Below the pieces are notes generated by a model. The model worked only from the letters and a program-made list of their open reading frames with translations, was not told the origin of the DNA and ran no database searches. 64,000 nucleotides of DNA from Gekko japonicus (Eukaryota): contig NW_015168052.1 in the NCBI RefSeq assembly GCF_001447785.1, positions 249,736-313,735 on the forward strand. Direction: 5' to 3'. This document shows positions 51,346 to 63,720 of the stretch, in pieces; the stretch's first letter is position 1; each line of letters starts with the position of its first letter. Both the position numbers and the translations under genes were made by a program.

Positions 51346-51562
51346 ACCTGTAGACGCTAGAGAGAGAGAGAGAGAGAGAGAGAGAGNNNNNNNNNNNNNN
51401 NNNNNNNNNNNNNNNNNNNNNNNNNNNNNNNNNNNNNNNNNNNNNNNNNNNNNNNNNNNNNNNNNNNNNNNNNNNNNNNNNNNNNNNNNNNNNNNNNNNN
51501 NNNNNNNNNNNNNNNNNNNNNNNNNNNNNNNNNNNNNNNNNNNNNNNNNNNNNNNNNNNNNN

Positions 51563-51735
51563 TATTGTGCTGGTATAATCTACAGTCAAAAAACACATGT
51601 TCCAGAGTTTCTTTTCCCTTTTCACAAACACATTCTCTTTGTGTGGTTTTATTATATCTGGCTTCTAAAATGGCAGAGGGCAAAGCATTATATCTTAGGA
51701 TTGCTTTTCAACATCTGCACCAGTGCCATGCTCCT
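51563..51735 (-). mobile_element. RTE-X-like LINE fragment
   Basis: MPSAILEARY...RECVC...ETLEHVFFDC, homologous to the 49.2-kb finger. Confidence 0.65.
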
Positions 51736-52414
51736 TCCAAGCTTTCCCTATCCTTGACACACTATTCTCTAAAGCTGCTTTACTCTCATTACTTTAGAAC
51801 AGAACACAGTCCAGGTGGGTAATCAGCACCCTGTCTAGATGGGAAGGTGCCATTGGGAAAAAGATGTTCCAACAGGACATGGTCTTTGGAAGTGAGATGT
51901 GTTATCTGGTCTCTGCTCCCCAGCAAACCGGGAATCTAATGTGGTTTCTCTAAAGGAACCAAGTTTTGTTTCTACAAACAAGTCTGAAACTCAGCAGGCA
52001 CTGATGAAGATGAATAAGGAATGAGGCTAGTGAGATTGCACCTGAAAATTAATGGCATGGCTCCACCATTTTACTTCAAACACACATGAGAAATGAAAAA
52101 TCCTCCTTCTCCTCATGAAATAGCATGCTATGGAAATTAGAGGGGTGTTTGGAGTCAGGCTTTAATTGTGGAGCAAGATACACATTAGCATTCTGACATC
52201 CAAAAAAGGACTTAAATACAATAGGTTGATGAATGAAACCCTCTTATGAGGCCAATTCACTTCCCTCCCTCAATCAAAGTAAAGCAGCTGGAGCAGAATG
52301 CAACCATCCAGCTAGGTAACACATACTGAAGATAATTTATGAAAAAAACCCTTTCTCAGGGGGGTGGGGGGGTCATTGATAAACAGGTGCCATTCAAGTT
52401 ATGTGGCCTCTCCC

Positions 52415-52624
52415 TAGGGTTGCCAAACTACAGGTGGGTCCTGAGGTTCTTCTGAAATTACAACAAATACAAAGACTACAGAGTTCCCCTGGAGGAATGG
52501 CAACTTCAGAGAGCAGACTATGGCATCAAATCCTGCTGAGCTCCCTCCCCTCCCCAAACTCCACCTTCCCCTGGCTCCACTACCAAATCTCCAGGATTTT
52601 CCCAACCTGGAGCTGTCAATCCTA
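52415..52624. mobile_element. TAGGGTTGCCA-family MITE
   Basis: TAGGGTTGCCAA ... CTGTCAATCCTA. Confidence 0.7.
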
Positions 52625-54375
52625 CCTGGCCCACTCCAAGGAAGGGAGGGCTGTGTTAGATGCTTCAAAAAGAAGCTTGACAGAAAAGTCAGTAGGGCTC
52701 TGACCCTTGAAATGTTTGCACTCACATCCTTCCCAACACAAACAAAAATGCAGCACTGCATTTCCAGGCCCTCTGCTCCAAAGGAAAAATGGGAAATCAA
52801 CAAACTGCCTTGGATTTCATATTGCTCAGGGACAGGAGGGCATATCAACAGATTTATCACAAACTTGCCTCTACAGGGACCCTTTCATGAAAATGTGCTA
52901 AGTTCTGTGACCATTTGCCAAAGTGTGGCTCAGTCGGTCTAAATTTGGAACTCATATTATTCTTGAGAACCTTTAAGAAAGGGCAATGCTCATCGGCACA
53001 TTACAGCTGCTTCAGAGCTTATTTTAGACAACTTGTGTGTGTGTGTGTGAGTATGTGTGTGTGCCAAAGGCTGGGACTGCTTTATCATGGAGGACAGTGC
53101 CACACGAAAACTTACAGATACTTTTCCCCAAGCAGGACTGAAAGCATGGGGGGTGGGGCTTTTTGAGAAGAGAGAATCATAGAGGAGGAAAGGATATGGG
53201 GGTGTGAGAGTCAGCACACTGATTCTTGTTTGAACTGGGCCTCTCTAGAAAGGCACAAGTAGCCACTCTCTCATTTTCTTAGTTCTCTCGACTCCCCCCC
53301 AAAAAAAATTTTTTTTACCAATAGTGTCAAACTGGGACAATCTTTTCAGTTTCATTAGCTTCCATTATCATTTATTTTGGTCTAACATGCTGGCTTTCCT
53401 TCTCTCTCTTTTTTTCTCTGCCTCCCCCTTTTCTCTCTGCCCCCACCATCACGGCCACAAGAAATGCCCGTTTCATCAGCTCCACAATGGTTGACTTTCT
53501 GTGTGGAATTAGCCATGCTGAAATCTCTTGATTTCAATGGACTCGGGCATGCCTAACTGCGTCAGAATCCAGCCACTAGGGAGGCAAAACCTCCAGCTTC
53601 CCAAGTCTACAATTTCATCTTCGTGGATGCCTCGCTGTTCATGTTTTAGCATTATTTCCATCCAAGTTCTTCTCCCTCCCTCCCTCCCAGCTACATTTAC
53701 ATATCCTGCTAAGAATTTATTTTTTAGCCTGCAGGTAAAAAAAAAGTATTTTTGGAAGGCAGGGTGAGGGTACAGTTGTCAGGATGGGGGTGGATAACTA
53801 GCAGACAGGAATTTTTAAATGTGTTTTCTCTCCTGTTTTGTATTCTGATTGCAGTACTCTTGTCTTGCAGTCATTCCACTGCTCCGCAGAGTAGGAGATT
53901 GCCAAAACTACGGTAAGTGAGAAACTAGTTAAATTAAAATTTAACTGAGAAAATTACTGTGAGCCATGCTGTCCCCTTATCTCATTCCCTTCCTTGTTTT
54001 TGTTTTTTTTAAAACTACTGATGTTACCTTAGGACTAGCACTTGCAGCCAGGGTACTTGTTCCTGTCCTCCAATAATGCCTGCTCAACTCGTACATTTGT
54101 AAATAAAACAGGCTTTATAAGCTTCTACTGTTTCCTTCCCCATGGAGAATCTATTATCCCACAATACACTGATGTGAGTGGAAACCACTTGTGGCGGGGA
54201 GAGTGTGAAAAAAAATATGCTCACGGGTTTTATGGGGGACCACTGGGTTCATTCTAGAGCTCCTATACTGACAATAGGTCTGGATGATTAAGAAAAGATA
54301 AGATACCGAGACAACACAAACCCTGTAACACTGTACCAAGTCACTGTACAACCCACCTCAATGGCAGGGAAGTGA

Positions 54376-55180
54376 GCATAAGGAAAACTTTGCTGGATCA
54401 GACCAGCAGTCCATCTAGTCCAGCATCCTGTATCACACAGCGACCAACCAGTTGCCTTGGAGAGCCAATAAGTGGGGCACAGAGGCAAAGGCCTTTCCCT
54501 TGATGTTGCCTCCTGGCACTGGTATTCAGAGGTTCACTGCCTCTGAACATGAAGGTTCCATTTAGTCACCACAGCTAGTAGCCTTTGATGAAGTTATCCT
54601 CCATGAATCTATTGAATTCCTTTTTTAAAGCCAGCTATGCTCATGACCATGACTACCTGCAATGGCAGTCAATTCCCTAATTTAACTACTCATTGAGTAA
54701 AGAAGAATTTCATAATTTAATCACCTATGCCCCCAACAATTTCATTGTGTGTCCCAGAGAACTATGGTACAGGAAGAAAAAGTTACCTCTATCCACTTCC
54801 CTAACCCCATGCATAATTTTATAAACCTCTATCTTGTCTTCAACCTGAACTGGATGGCCTAGGCTAGCATTTTGTCAGATCTCAGACACTAAGGAGGGTC
54901 AAGCTCTGGTTCCTACTTGGATGGAAGACTACCAAGGAAGTCCAGGCTTGCTACACAGAGGCAGGCAATGGCAAACTACCTCTGTTCATCTGTTGCCTTA
55001 AAAACCCTACTCTATTGTTGTAAGTCACCCGTGACTTAATGGCGCTTTCCGCCACCATCTTGTCCCCCTTTAGCCATATTTTTTCTAGTCTGAAAAGTTC
55101 CAGACTCTCCAGGCTTTCCTCATAGGAAAGTTGCTTGAACCCCATGATCTGCCATTTTCTGTACTTTTCCCAGATCATGA
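54376..55180 (-). mobile_element. CR1 3' fragment interrupted by a 5S-headed SINE (54850-55058, + strand)
   Basis: TGCTGGATCAGACC...CCATCTAGTCCAGCATCCTG reverse 3' UTR; LSYEESLESLELFRLEK. Confidence 0.75.
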
Positions 55181-55929
55181 CAACAGGTACAGTTCAATTG
55201 TCTTCTTCAAACAACTCTGGCCTACATAGCATGACTCTACGTATGCACATGGCCTGGTGGCAAAATGTCAACAGACTGGCTGCTAAAGCTTCCCTTAACT
55301 TTCTGAGGCATTTCCTTTTAAGAAGTAGGAATCAGGAGGGGGGAAAAATAAAGATTCTGGTTCTGGGGAAGAGAAGTTGGAAGAGGCTCGAGTTTGATCA
55401 GCTTGCTTGGAAAAAAAAATATGACGCAAAAAAACTAGAGCATTTTTCAAGGCTCCAAAAAGTAGGTTGAATATTCATGGGAAACACCCTCTGCTATCTG
55501 GCAGGTTGGATTAATCATATTAATGCACGGTGGAAAATAAGATTAGTCAGGAAACGGTATATAAAATCTAATCATGTTTTATTGAATGAAACTAAGTGAA
55601 AGAGGTGAAAGGGCCCCTTTGCTGCAATCTGTTATGCAATCTCTATTTTAACGGCCTTGCTGCTGGAAGGGAATGAGGACTAAGGGTTGTTGCAGGGGGC
55701 AGAGATGGAGAAGCAGTTCAGGGTCCAATCTGCAAAACGACCACCCCCTCCAGTAACCCAGAAATTGAGGAACAAGGCCATGGAGATAATTTAATAAAAG
55801 CAACGATGGCTTCTTTCCAAGAGAGACATCTAAAAGGAGGGGAGAAACATGCCAGTTTCTGACAATGAAATGGATTTGACTCTTTGCCCCAAATGAGGAT
55901 TTGACAGAGCATGTGTGATTACAGCAGTG

Positions 55930-56230
55930 AGAGCCAGTTTGGTGTAGTGGTTAAGAGTGCGGACTCTAATCTGGGAGAACCAGGTTTGATTCCCCACTCT
56001 GCCACATACAGCTGCTGGTGTGACCTTAGGTCAGTCATAAGTTCTTTCAGAGCTGTTCTCTCGAGGACAGTCCTCGGGAGAGCTCTTTCAGCCTCACCTA
56101 CCTCACAGGGTGTTGTGGGGAGGGGAAGGGAAAGGAATTGTAAACCGCTCTGAGACTCCTTTGGATAGTGAAGGGCGGGGTATAAATCCAATCTCTTCCT
56201 CTTCCTCCTCCTCCTCTTCTTCTTCTTCTT
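55930..56230 (+). mobile_element. Squam3-like SINE
   Basis: Full copy with (TCC/TTC)n tail. Confidence 0.9.
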
Positions 56231-56249
56231 TACCCCTTGTAACAGTCAT

Positions 56250-56628
56250 CTTTGGATGCCACTGCCTTCCGAGATCACGCAGGTGGAAACCCAGGAGAGG
56301 CCTTCTAAGTTATGGAACAAATCTCTGGAACTCTCTTCCCCAGGGAGAGTCCTCTGCCCCCTTCTGTTGCCATCTTCTGCCAATGAATGAATACTTTTTT
56401 GGTTTTGTTTGGCATTTCCTCAGTGATTTTTCCTGCCCAAAGTTTTCTTGTTTTAATGTTTTGCATGTATTTTCACTCTAGTTTTATTTTAATGATGGGG
56501 GAGGATGTTAATTTTAGTGGTTTTTCAGATGTGATTTATTATGTATGTTTTCAATTTCTTAGCCACTGGTGGCCCTTATGAGTGCAGAAAGGCAGGGTAT
56601 ACATTTTGTAAAATAAATAAGTAAATAA
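56250..56628 (+). mobile_element. L2 LINE 3' end
   Basis: RAF...LWNSLP motif; (AAAT)n tail. Confidence 0.65.
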
Positions 56629-57181
56629 ACTGTGTGCAACATAGTGAGAAATGTAAGGACTTTCGGGTCATAACATTAAATTTGCAGGGATATCACAGAG
56701 AGATCACACACATACACACACCAAAAAAAATTATATCATGTGCAGTATCAAGCCTAAATGATTTGCAATCATGGCTGAGCAGCAAAGTGGCCAAGTCTGC
56801 AGATTACAACAAGTATTTAGGATAAAAAAAAATTAAGCAGATTTCAAAGAGCGCCCAAGAGAATATATCCAAACTGGATGAACAGATAATATGACAAATG
56901 AGGTTCAATATCCTCACCACATGTACACTGATGGGATCTGGTGATGACTAAATACGATGAAATCTTCAGATTATAGTGGACAACCAATGAAAATGCTGGC
57001 TCAATATATAGTAGCGATGGAAAAAAGGCTATTTCAGATAAAATAATCCAGTAACATATATTGTGCCTATATCTTCGGTGAAGTGGCATTGGGAATATCC
57101 TGTATCCTTTTGGTGAGGTGAGGTGGCACAAGGAACACCAACATCTCCCAAGCAATAGGGACAGATCTCACCAGATAGATC

Positions 57182-57389
57182 AAGATAGGTAGCCATGTTA
57201 GTATGTCTGTAGCAGTAGAAAAAATGAGTAAGAATCCAGTAGCACCTTAAAGACTAACACAATTTGTGGTAGGGTATGAGCTTTCGTAACTGCTCACTTC
57301 TTCAGAGAGTGAGCAGTGACTCACGAAAACTCCTATCCTACCACAAATTTGTTAGTCTTTAAGCTGCTACTGGACTCTTACTCTTTTCT
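57182..57389. mobile_element. Penelope terminal repeats in inverted arrangement
   Basis: ~85-bp arms around ~57305; candidate TSD ATAGATC. Confidence 0.85.
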
Positions 57390-58528
57390 ATAGATCCCAC
57401 CAGTCTGAGACTGGCAAGTCTCACAACACTTCAGAGCAGGGATAGGAAAGCATGTGTGACTGGGACAGGCTGGCTAACTGCCACAGGGCCAAAGAGGAAG
57501 TCAGAAGTTAGGACCAACCAGGAACAAACTGAACATCCTTTCCTCTAAATGCTGCTGAGCACAACACTTTGCCTTCCCAGTTCCCAGCATCTCAGGCATA
57601 TCCCTTAAAAGAATGAGACTGTGAACAGAAAGCTGTTCCACAGTACACCAGAAGCTCCTTTCAGAGTCAGGGTTCAGCTACAGAACATAATACAGTCACA
57701 AAGAACAGGGTGCCTCTGAGCATGTGCTGAGGCCATTCACTGCTGAATGACAGAAGTGCCCCACTGCCACCATGACCCAGACACATATACCTGAATTTAG
57801 TATGCAGGGTTTCCAGGTCAGCAGCTCATATTTTAAGGACAAGCACTGGGAAACCTACCTGAGTGTCTGGCACATGCACAGTGAATCAGGCAAGTCCAAT
57901 GCTTCATGACAGAAGGCCTTTCCTATGGCATCCCTAATGAATTTGGGTCGTTTTGTATCATTTTGGCCAGCCCCGATAAGAGGTATTATTTCGATTTTGT
58001 CAAGACAGCTGACGGTGAAGCAAAATGTGGAACAGCATTGCCTCACTGACCTGCTCGTTCCTAGTTTTATGTCAGCCTGCAATCTGAAGAACTTGGATGT
58101 GAAGCACTGAAGGGGCTGGAGGCACCCCCAGGCATCCATCACATGTTCAGTCTGTGGGACACCAGAGTGGGAAGATAACAGCTTTTCAGAAGTTGATGAC
58201 AGGCCCAGAGATCTTTCTTCGCCTTTTCACTCTGATCGTTGTTGAACTTCATTCTCTGTTGTTTCAGGCACGCAAAACCTTCCTTCTTACACATGCAAAA
58301 AGATTGCCAGATAAGAGCTGAAACAAGGAAAAGGGAGGGCAAGGAAGGAACATTTCAACTGCACCCGGCAGAGAAAAAAATAAAACATCTACCTGACTGA
58401 CAAACTGTTTGGGGATTTTCCCAGCTCTGCATTACTACATTATATTACCAGTAAGCACCTGTATAATGCTTTTCAAGCATTCAAGGTATTTTGCATATGC
58501 AACCTCAAGAATCCTCACAACGATCTAG

Positions 58529-58945
58529 TGTCAAACTCTGCTTAGTTTGCCATAGTTACATAGGGGAGGGAAATTCCTCTGTGTGTGTGTGTGTGTGTGT
58601 GTGTGAATGGCTGAGTGTGTGAACCACTCTATCCTAGGTGTCGTAACTCTTCCTTAAGATACTGTCCTCATCAAGGAACGTCCTTGAGAACGAAGCTGTG
58701 CCAGCTTGCTATTGTAGATAATGGGATTTTTTATTCTGGGGGGGGGGGTAGTGAACGCAAGAGCTAGGCGGGCTGGCTGAGACGTCTGATTGGCCTTAGT
58801 TTGAACTGTCTATATCTTTGGATTTTCCCACCTGGACCTCAGTTCTGACATGGTACTGTTTTAACCTGGATCATGTTGATATCTCAATAAACAAATCACT
58901 TCCAAAGAGAGTGTTGTTGGGAGTCTCTTGACCAGGAGCCTGACA
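58529..58945 (+). mobile_element. 5' LTR of Tf1/sushi-like chromovirus C
   Basis: TGTCA...TGACA, ATTGG box, TATA at 58811, AATAAA ~58886. Confidence 0.85.
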
Positions 58946-59823
58946 AACTGTCAGAACTCCCTTTCTCCCTTCGACTGTCGCACCACCAAAGTGATGGCGG
59001 GCACTGGGTATGAAGCTGAAGTCCCGGGTCCGGCTCCTGACAAGAAAGTTGGGAAGCCGGCTGGCCCCAAACTCAAGAAGCACACGATGTACTGGGACAT
59101 GGGGGCCAAGCCCAAAGACCACTGTAGTGGTCGCAACTGGTGGGAGTGGGGCCACACCTTCACTTCCAATGAGCACCATGTGGACTACATAGGGTCATGG
59201 CTGTGAGATCGGGTGGCTGACCGGTTTATGGACCTATACAATGTTGGGGGAACCAAACTACATAACATAAATGCCTTCATGCAAGCATTACAGTGCCAGT
59301 ACAAAGACCCTTTGGAGTTGGGGAAGGTGCAGACCCACCTCAGGGGCCTGAGACAAGGGGGGCAGTTGGTGCAAGAGTACTTGGATGAGGTCAAGGCCTA
59401 TGCGGCCAAGCTACAGGGATGGCCTGAAGAAGTCCTCATCGAGTTCTGCAAGGCCAGGCTGAACACCACGATTTTGGAGAAGGCGCTGGCCCAAGGCTGA
59501 CCCTCTGTGGCTGGATCTAGGTGGCCTATGAGGTGGAGAACAGGTGCAACTTGGTGCACCTCTATCAACACAAGATGCCAGGTAAGGTGCCCGGGGACTT
59601 GAAGACCCAGCACAGAAGGGGTCCAGCAGTCGGGGGTGACCGAGAGCAATGGATGTGCCTGGGGGGGTATCTGAGATATGGGGCACTGGGGCATTTCGTT
59701 GCAAACTGCCTGGGAAGTAAGAGCCTCAAAAAGACACGCAAGGAAGTAGTCAAGGAGAAGAGGCCCAAGACCCCAAGCAGACACCCCAAGCTGCAGGCCT
59801 AATTTATTCAGGGTGTACCCGGG
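58946..59823 (+). mobile_element. Chromovirus C gag remnant
   Basis: FMQALQCQYKDP...LRQGGQLVQEY...GWPEEVL retrotransposon gag; decayed knuckle YLRYGALGHFVANC. Confidence 0.85.
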
Positions 59824-61817
59824 ATCATAGAATGTTAGAGTTGGAAGGGACCTTGCAGGTCATCTAGTCCAAACCCCTGCACTCTGCAAGAGCACAGCCG
59901 AAAGATAGCCCTACAACATACTCGAAAAATGGTCATCCAGCCTCTGCTTGAAAATGTCCAGCGGAGCATCCACCACCTCCCGAGGCAGACTGTTCCACTG
60001 CTCAACCACTCTTACAGTTAGGAAGTTTCTCCTGATATTTGGCCGGTAATGATTCCCTTGTAATTTCCACCCATTAGATCTAGTCTTGCAATCCAGAGCA
60101 AGAGAGAATAGATCTCCTCCATCTTCTACATGACAGAACTTGTTGGGTATGATTTTTCAACCAACCATGAATCCATCCAACAGAGCCATTTACGAGCACT
60201 CGTTGGGTACGATTTTTCAACCAACCATGAATCCATCCAACGGTTGCACCATCCAGCCCACACTTAACCAGCTTATCCTCAAGGATATCATGAGAAACTT
60301 TGTCAAATGTTTTACTGAAATCTAGATACACTATATCCACAGTATTGCCAGGTTGGTCTGGCATTACTTATTCTTGATAAACCCATGCTGGCTACTACCA
60401 ATTAACTCATTACGTTCAAGGTGTTCACAGACAGAGCATTTAATAATCTGCTCTAGAATTTTACCAGGTATTGATGTCAAGCTGACAGGCCTGTAATTTT
60501 CCGGGTCTTTCTTTTTTCCCTTCTTGAAGATTGGGACAACATTTGCTCTTTTCCAGTCTTCCAGCACAACACCAATACTCCAGAACATCTCAAAGATTAG
60601 AGCCAGAGGCTCTAAAATAACATCTGCAATTTCTTTTAGCACCCTGGGATGCAAGCCATCCAGCCCTGGAGATTTGAACGTATTTAAGGCAGATAGATGC
60701 TCTCTAACCATTTCCTTACTTACTCTGGACTGGCAGTTTCTCCTTCCTTCATATGCCCTGCATTCTTCAGTTTGCATACAGCTTGCCTTAGGGTTAAAGA
60801 CTGACGCAAAGTGAGAGTTGAGTAATTCTGCTTTGTCTTCATCCCTTGTTAAGGCTTGACTGTCTTCCCCTAGCAATGAGCTTACTCCATCCTTGTTCTT
60901 CTTTTTGTTCTGAACATAGGCATAGAAATTTTTCTTGTTATTTTTAGCATCCCTCACAAGCCTCAGCTCCATCTGCGCTTTAGCCTTTCTGACACCATCC
61001 CTACAGATTCGATNNNNNNNNNNNNNNNNNNNNNNNNNGGGATCCTACCTAATATTTCTCTGAGTTTTTTGAAATCAGCTTTCCTGAAGTCCAGGATACG
61101 AGTCCTGCTATGTCCTTGTTTCACATCCTTCTCTATGTCAAATTCCAAGCTGACATGATCACTATTCCCCAAGGATCCCACAACGTTAACTTCATCAACC
61201 AGTTCTTCCCTGTTAGTCAGGATTAAATCCAGGATAACAGATTCTCTGGTTCCCACCTCTACTTTCTGAGAGATGAAGTTGTCTGCAAGATTATTCAAGA
61301 ATCTGTGGGATGCCCCATGTCTAGCAGAGTTAGATTTCCAGCAAATATCTGGATAGTTGAAATCTCCCATAACCACTACATCCTATCTCTGTGAAAGTTT
61401 AGCAAACTGTTGTACAAATGCATCATCCAGTTCCTCCGGTTGGTTCGGAGGTCTGTAGTATACCCCCACAACAATATTCCTTTCTCTCTCCGCCCCCCCC
61501 CCCTCTATCCTAGCCACACACTTTCAACAGGGCAACTCTCGAAATCCTGAATTTCAGTGCAAACGTATTCATTCTTGACATATAGTGCCACCCCGCCTCC
61601 TTTTCTGTTAATTCTGTTCCGTTTGAACAAGGTATATCCTTTGATCGCTGTGCTCCATATATGAGACTCATCCCACCAAGTCTCAGTGATACCTATCGGA
61701 TCATACTTACTTTCCAATATTTGAAGTTCAAGTTCTTCCTGTTTATTTCCCATACTCTGTGCATTAGTATAAAGACATCGCAGATTGCAGACATCCTTTC
61801 CTACAGCCTTACCATAG
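59824..61817 (-). mobile_element. CR1 LINE ORF2 with RT core deleted, nested in chromovirus C
   Basis: APE motifs; NYRPVSLTSIPGK, QHGF, YLDFSKTFDKV; 3' tail ...TTCTATGA at 59824. Confidence 0.95.
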
Positions 61818-62245
61818 TCACAGGCTTGGGGCCAAAGTACATAAGCACAGGAGCCCATAGTATTTTCCCAGGTGGACAGGACGCCCATGAGAGGGGAGGC
61901 CTGCCAGTACTGCATTGTTCACCTATCGGGCGGGTGGCCTCTCTTTGGGAACTATGCTATTTTGTGGTGAATCCCTCTGCAAAGTTCTCTATGGTGCTTG
62001 GGAGCCTGTGGCTTCAAGCCCATGATCCGTACATCCAGTGGAGGATGGGGACTCTCACATTCCTAGACACACACACCCCGATGCAATGAGCATCTCTGGA
62101 ACGCCAACAGGGGGGAAGAGCCTCAGCCCGTGGCCAATTGTGTGTGTCTGGCGCGGGAAGAGTTCGATCTGATCCCGCCTGAATACTGGGACTTGGCCAG
62201 GGTTTTTGAGGAGGAGGAGGCAGACTCCCTGTCGCACTACATAAT
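61818..62245 (+). mobile_element. Chromovirus C protease-region remnant
   Basis: MVLGSLWLQAHDPYIQW; IPPEYWDLARVFEEEEADSL. Confidence 0.8.
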
Positions 62246-63580
62246 ATTTTCCAGGCCATTACTGCTCACAAGAACATGCGTGCCAAGGCCTCACCTCTCT
62301 CTGGCCTGGACTCTTCCTGAAAGTTCTAAAACCATCACCACCCTTTGCAGGAACTAGACTTGACACAGACCATGACAAATGTTTCATTTCCCAAAGCTGC
62401 CCTGCAATGACTGCTGATGAGTGCCTGGCCTAATTCTCCTTTTGGGGGCAGGGATCTGGTCACCATTCAAACAGTCCTTCTGCATCATGACCAGTTCTTC
62501 AATCTGCCATGGTGCTCAAAAGAAAAGGAGTGAACAATGGCAGGGATTAGCGTTTCCCTGGAAGGTCTTTGCCAGAGGATAATTCTTGCCTGGGAAAGAA
62601 ATAACTTAAAAATAGTACAGCCAGAGCCCTGGGAGTCAGAGAAATAGGAAATAATCACTCGTTTTTTAGACTAATTGTGCACTTTTATTTAAAGATACAG
62701 CAATGCTTATTGAACCGGCTTCCACAAACTTAATAAAACAATAATTGACATTTAAACAAATAATTAGAATGTATATTTTATAGAGCTCCTACTCTTTAAC
62801 GTTGTCTAGTTTTCTAAGGATCTGGAGAAGGAACTACCCATTTTCAATGGGTGAAACAAAAGGTTTTAACAGCTCATCTGGGCAATCGCAGAAGGGGAGA
62901 ATGTTGTAAGCCACTTCAGGAGAAAAGTGGGGTATAAATGAAGTAAATAAACAACCCTTTTGAAAAGCTTGTTAAACAGTGACACCCCTCAAAAAACACC
63001 CACAAAACACCCTTCAGGTTGTAGGACAAAGACTGGTCAAGTGAAAAGATGCAGGCGCACAGCACCGGCAAGATAACTATTTTCCAAACTGTCCAGCACA
63101 CAGATGAAGAGATTGGCAAGCCCCTGCAACTATGAGATTAGGCGGGGGGGCACATCGACAGAGCCCAGACACCTAGGATAAGAGTGAACAACAGATATGG
63201 CCATTTTATAGCAGTCAGCAAGTCTGGACAGGCACACTGGAAGCACCCAATGCTCAGAATCGAGAGGAACCTGGACTGGGATGCAAGGGACCCACTCCAG
63301 TCTGCTGCAGTTCCATTCTCTAAACAATGATACCCCAGGATAAAGAGTGAACCCCTGCCTGCCCCAAGAAGTCCCATCTGTATCCCCACAAGCTCCTGGC
63401 AGAAACAGAATCTGAACAGACCTGAGACTCTCAGACAACTTACGACAAATGCAGGAGATGGTTTACTGTGCTTAACTGTAGCAGCAGAATGAAACAGGAG
63501 TCTTGTGCTCCTCCTGCAAATTAACTGAGTTCTTTCCAGGATATGCTGGAGTCAAATAAGGCAGGAACTGGAGGCTGCAA

Positions 63581-63720
63581 TAGGGTTGCCAGCTCCGGGT
63601 TGGGAAATACCTGGATATTTGGGGGGCGGAGCCTGCAGAGGATGGGGTTTGGAGAAGGGAGGGACTTCAATGAGGCATAATGCCATAAAGTCCACCTTCC
63701 AAAGCAGCCATTTTCTCTGA
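63581..63720. mobile_element. TAGGGTTGCCA-family MITE (left part, interrupted)
   Basis: TAGGGTTGCCAGCTCCGGGTTGGGAAATACCTGG. Confidence 0.75.

Noticed and set aside
51296-51757. ORFs spanning the N gap
   Set aside because: Artefacts of undetermined bases
58990-59800. Domesticated gag gene (PEG10/RTL-like)
   Set aside because: In-frame stops, decayed zinc knuckle, retained LTR and a CR1 insertion
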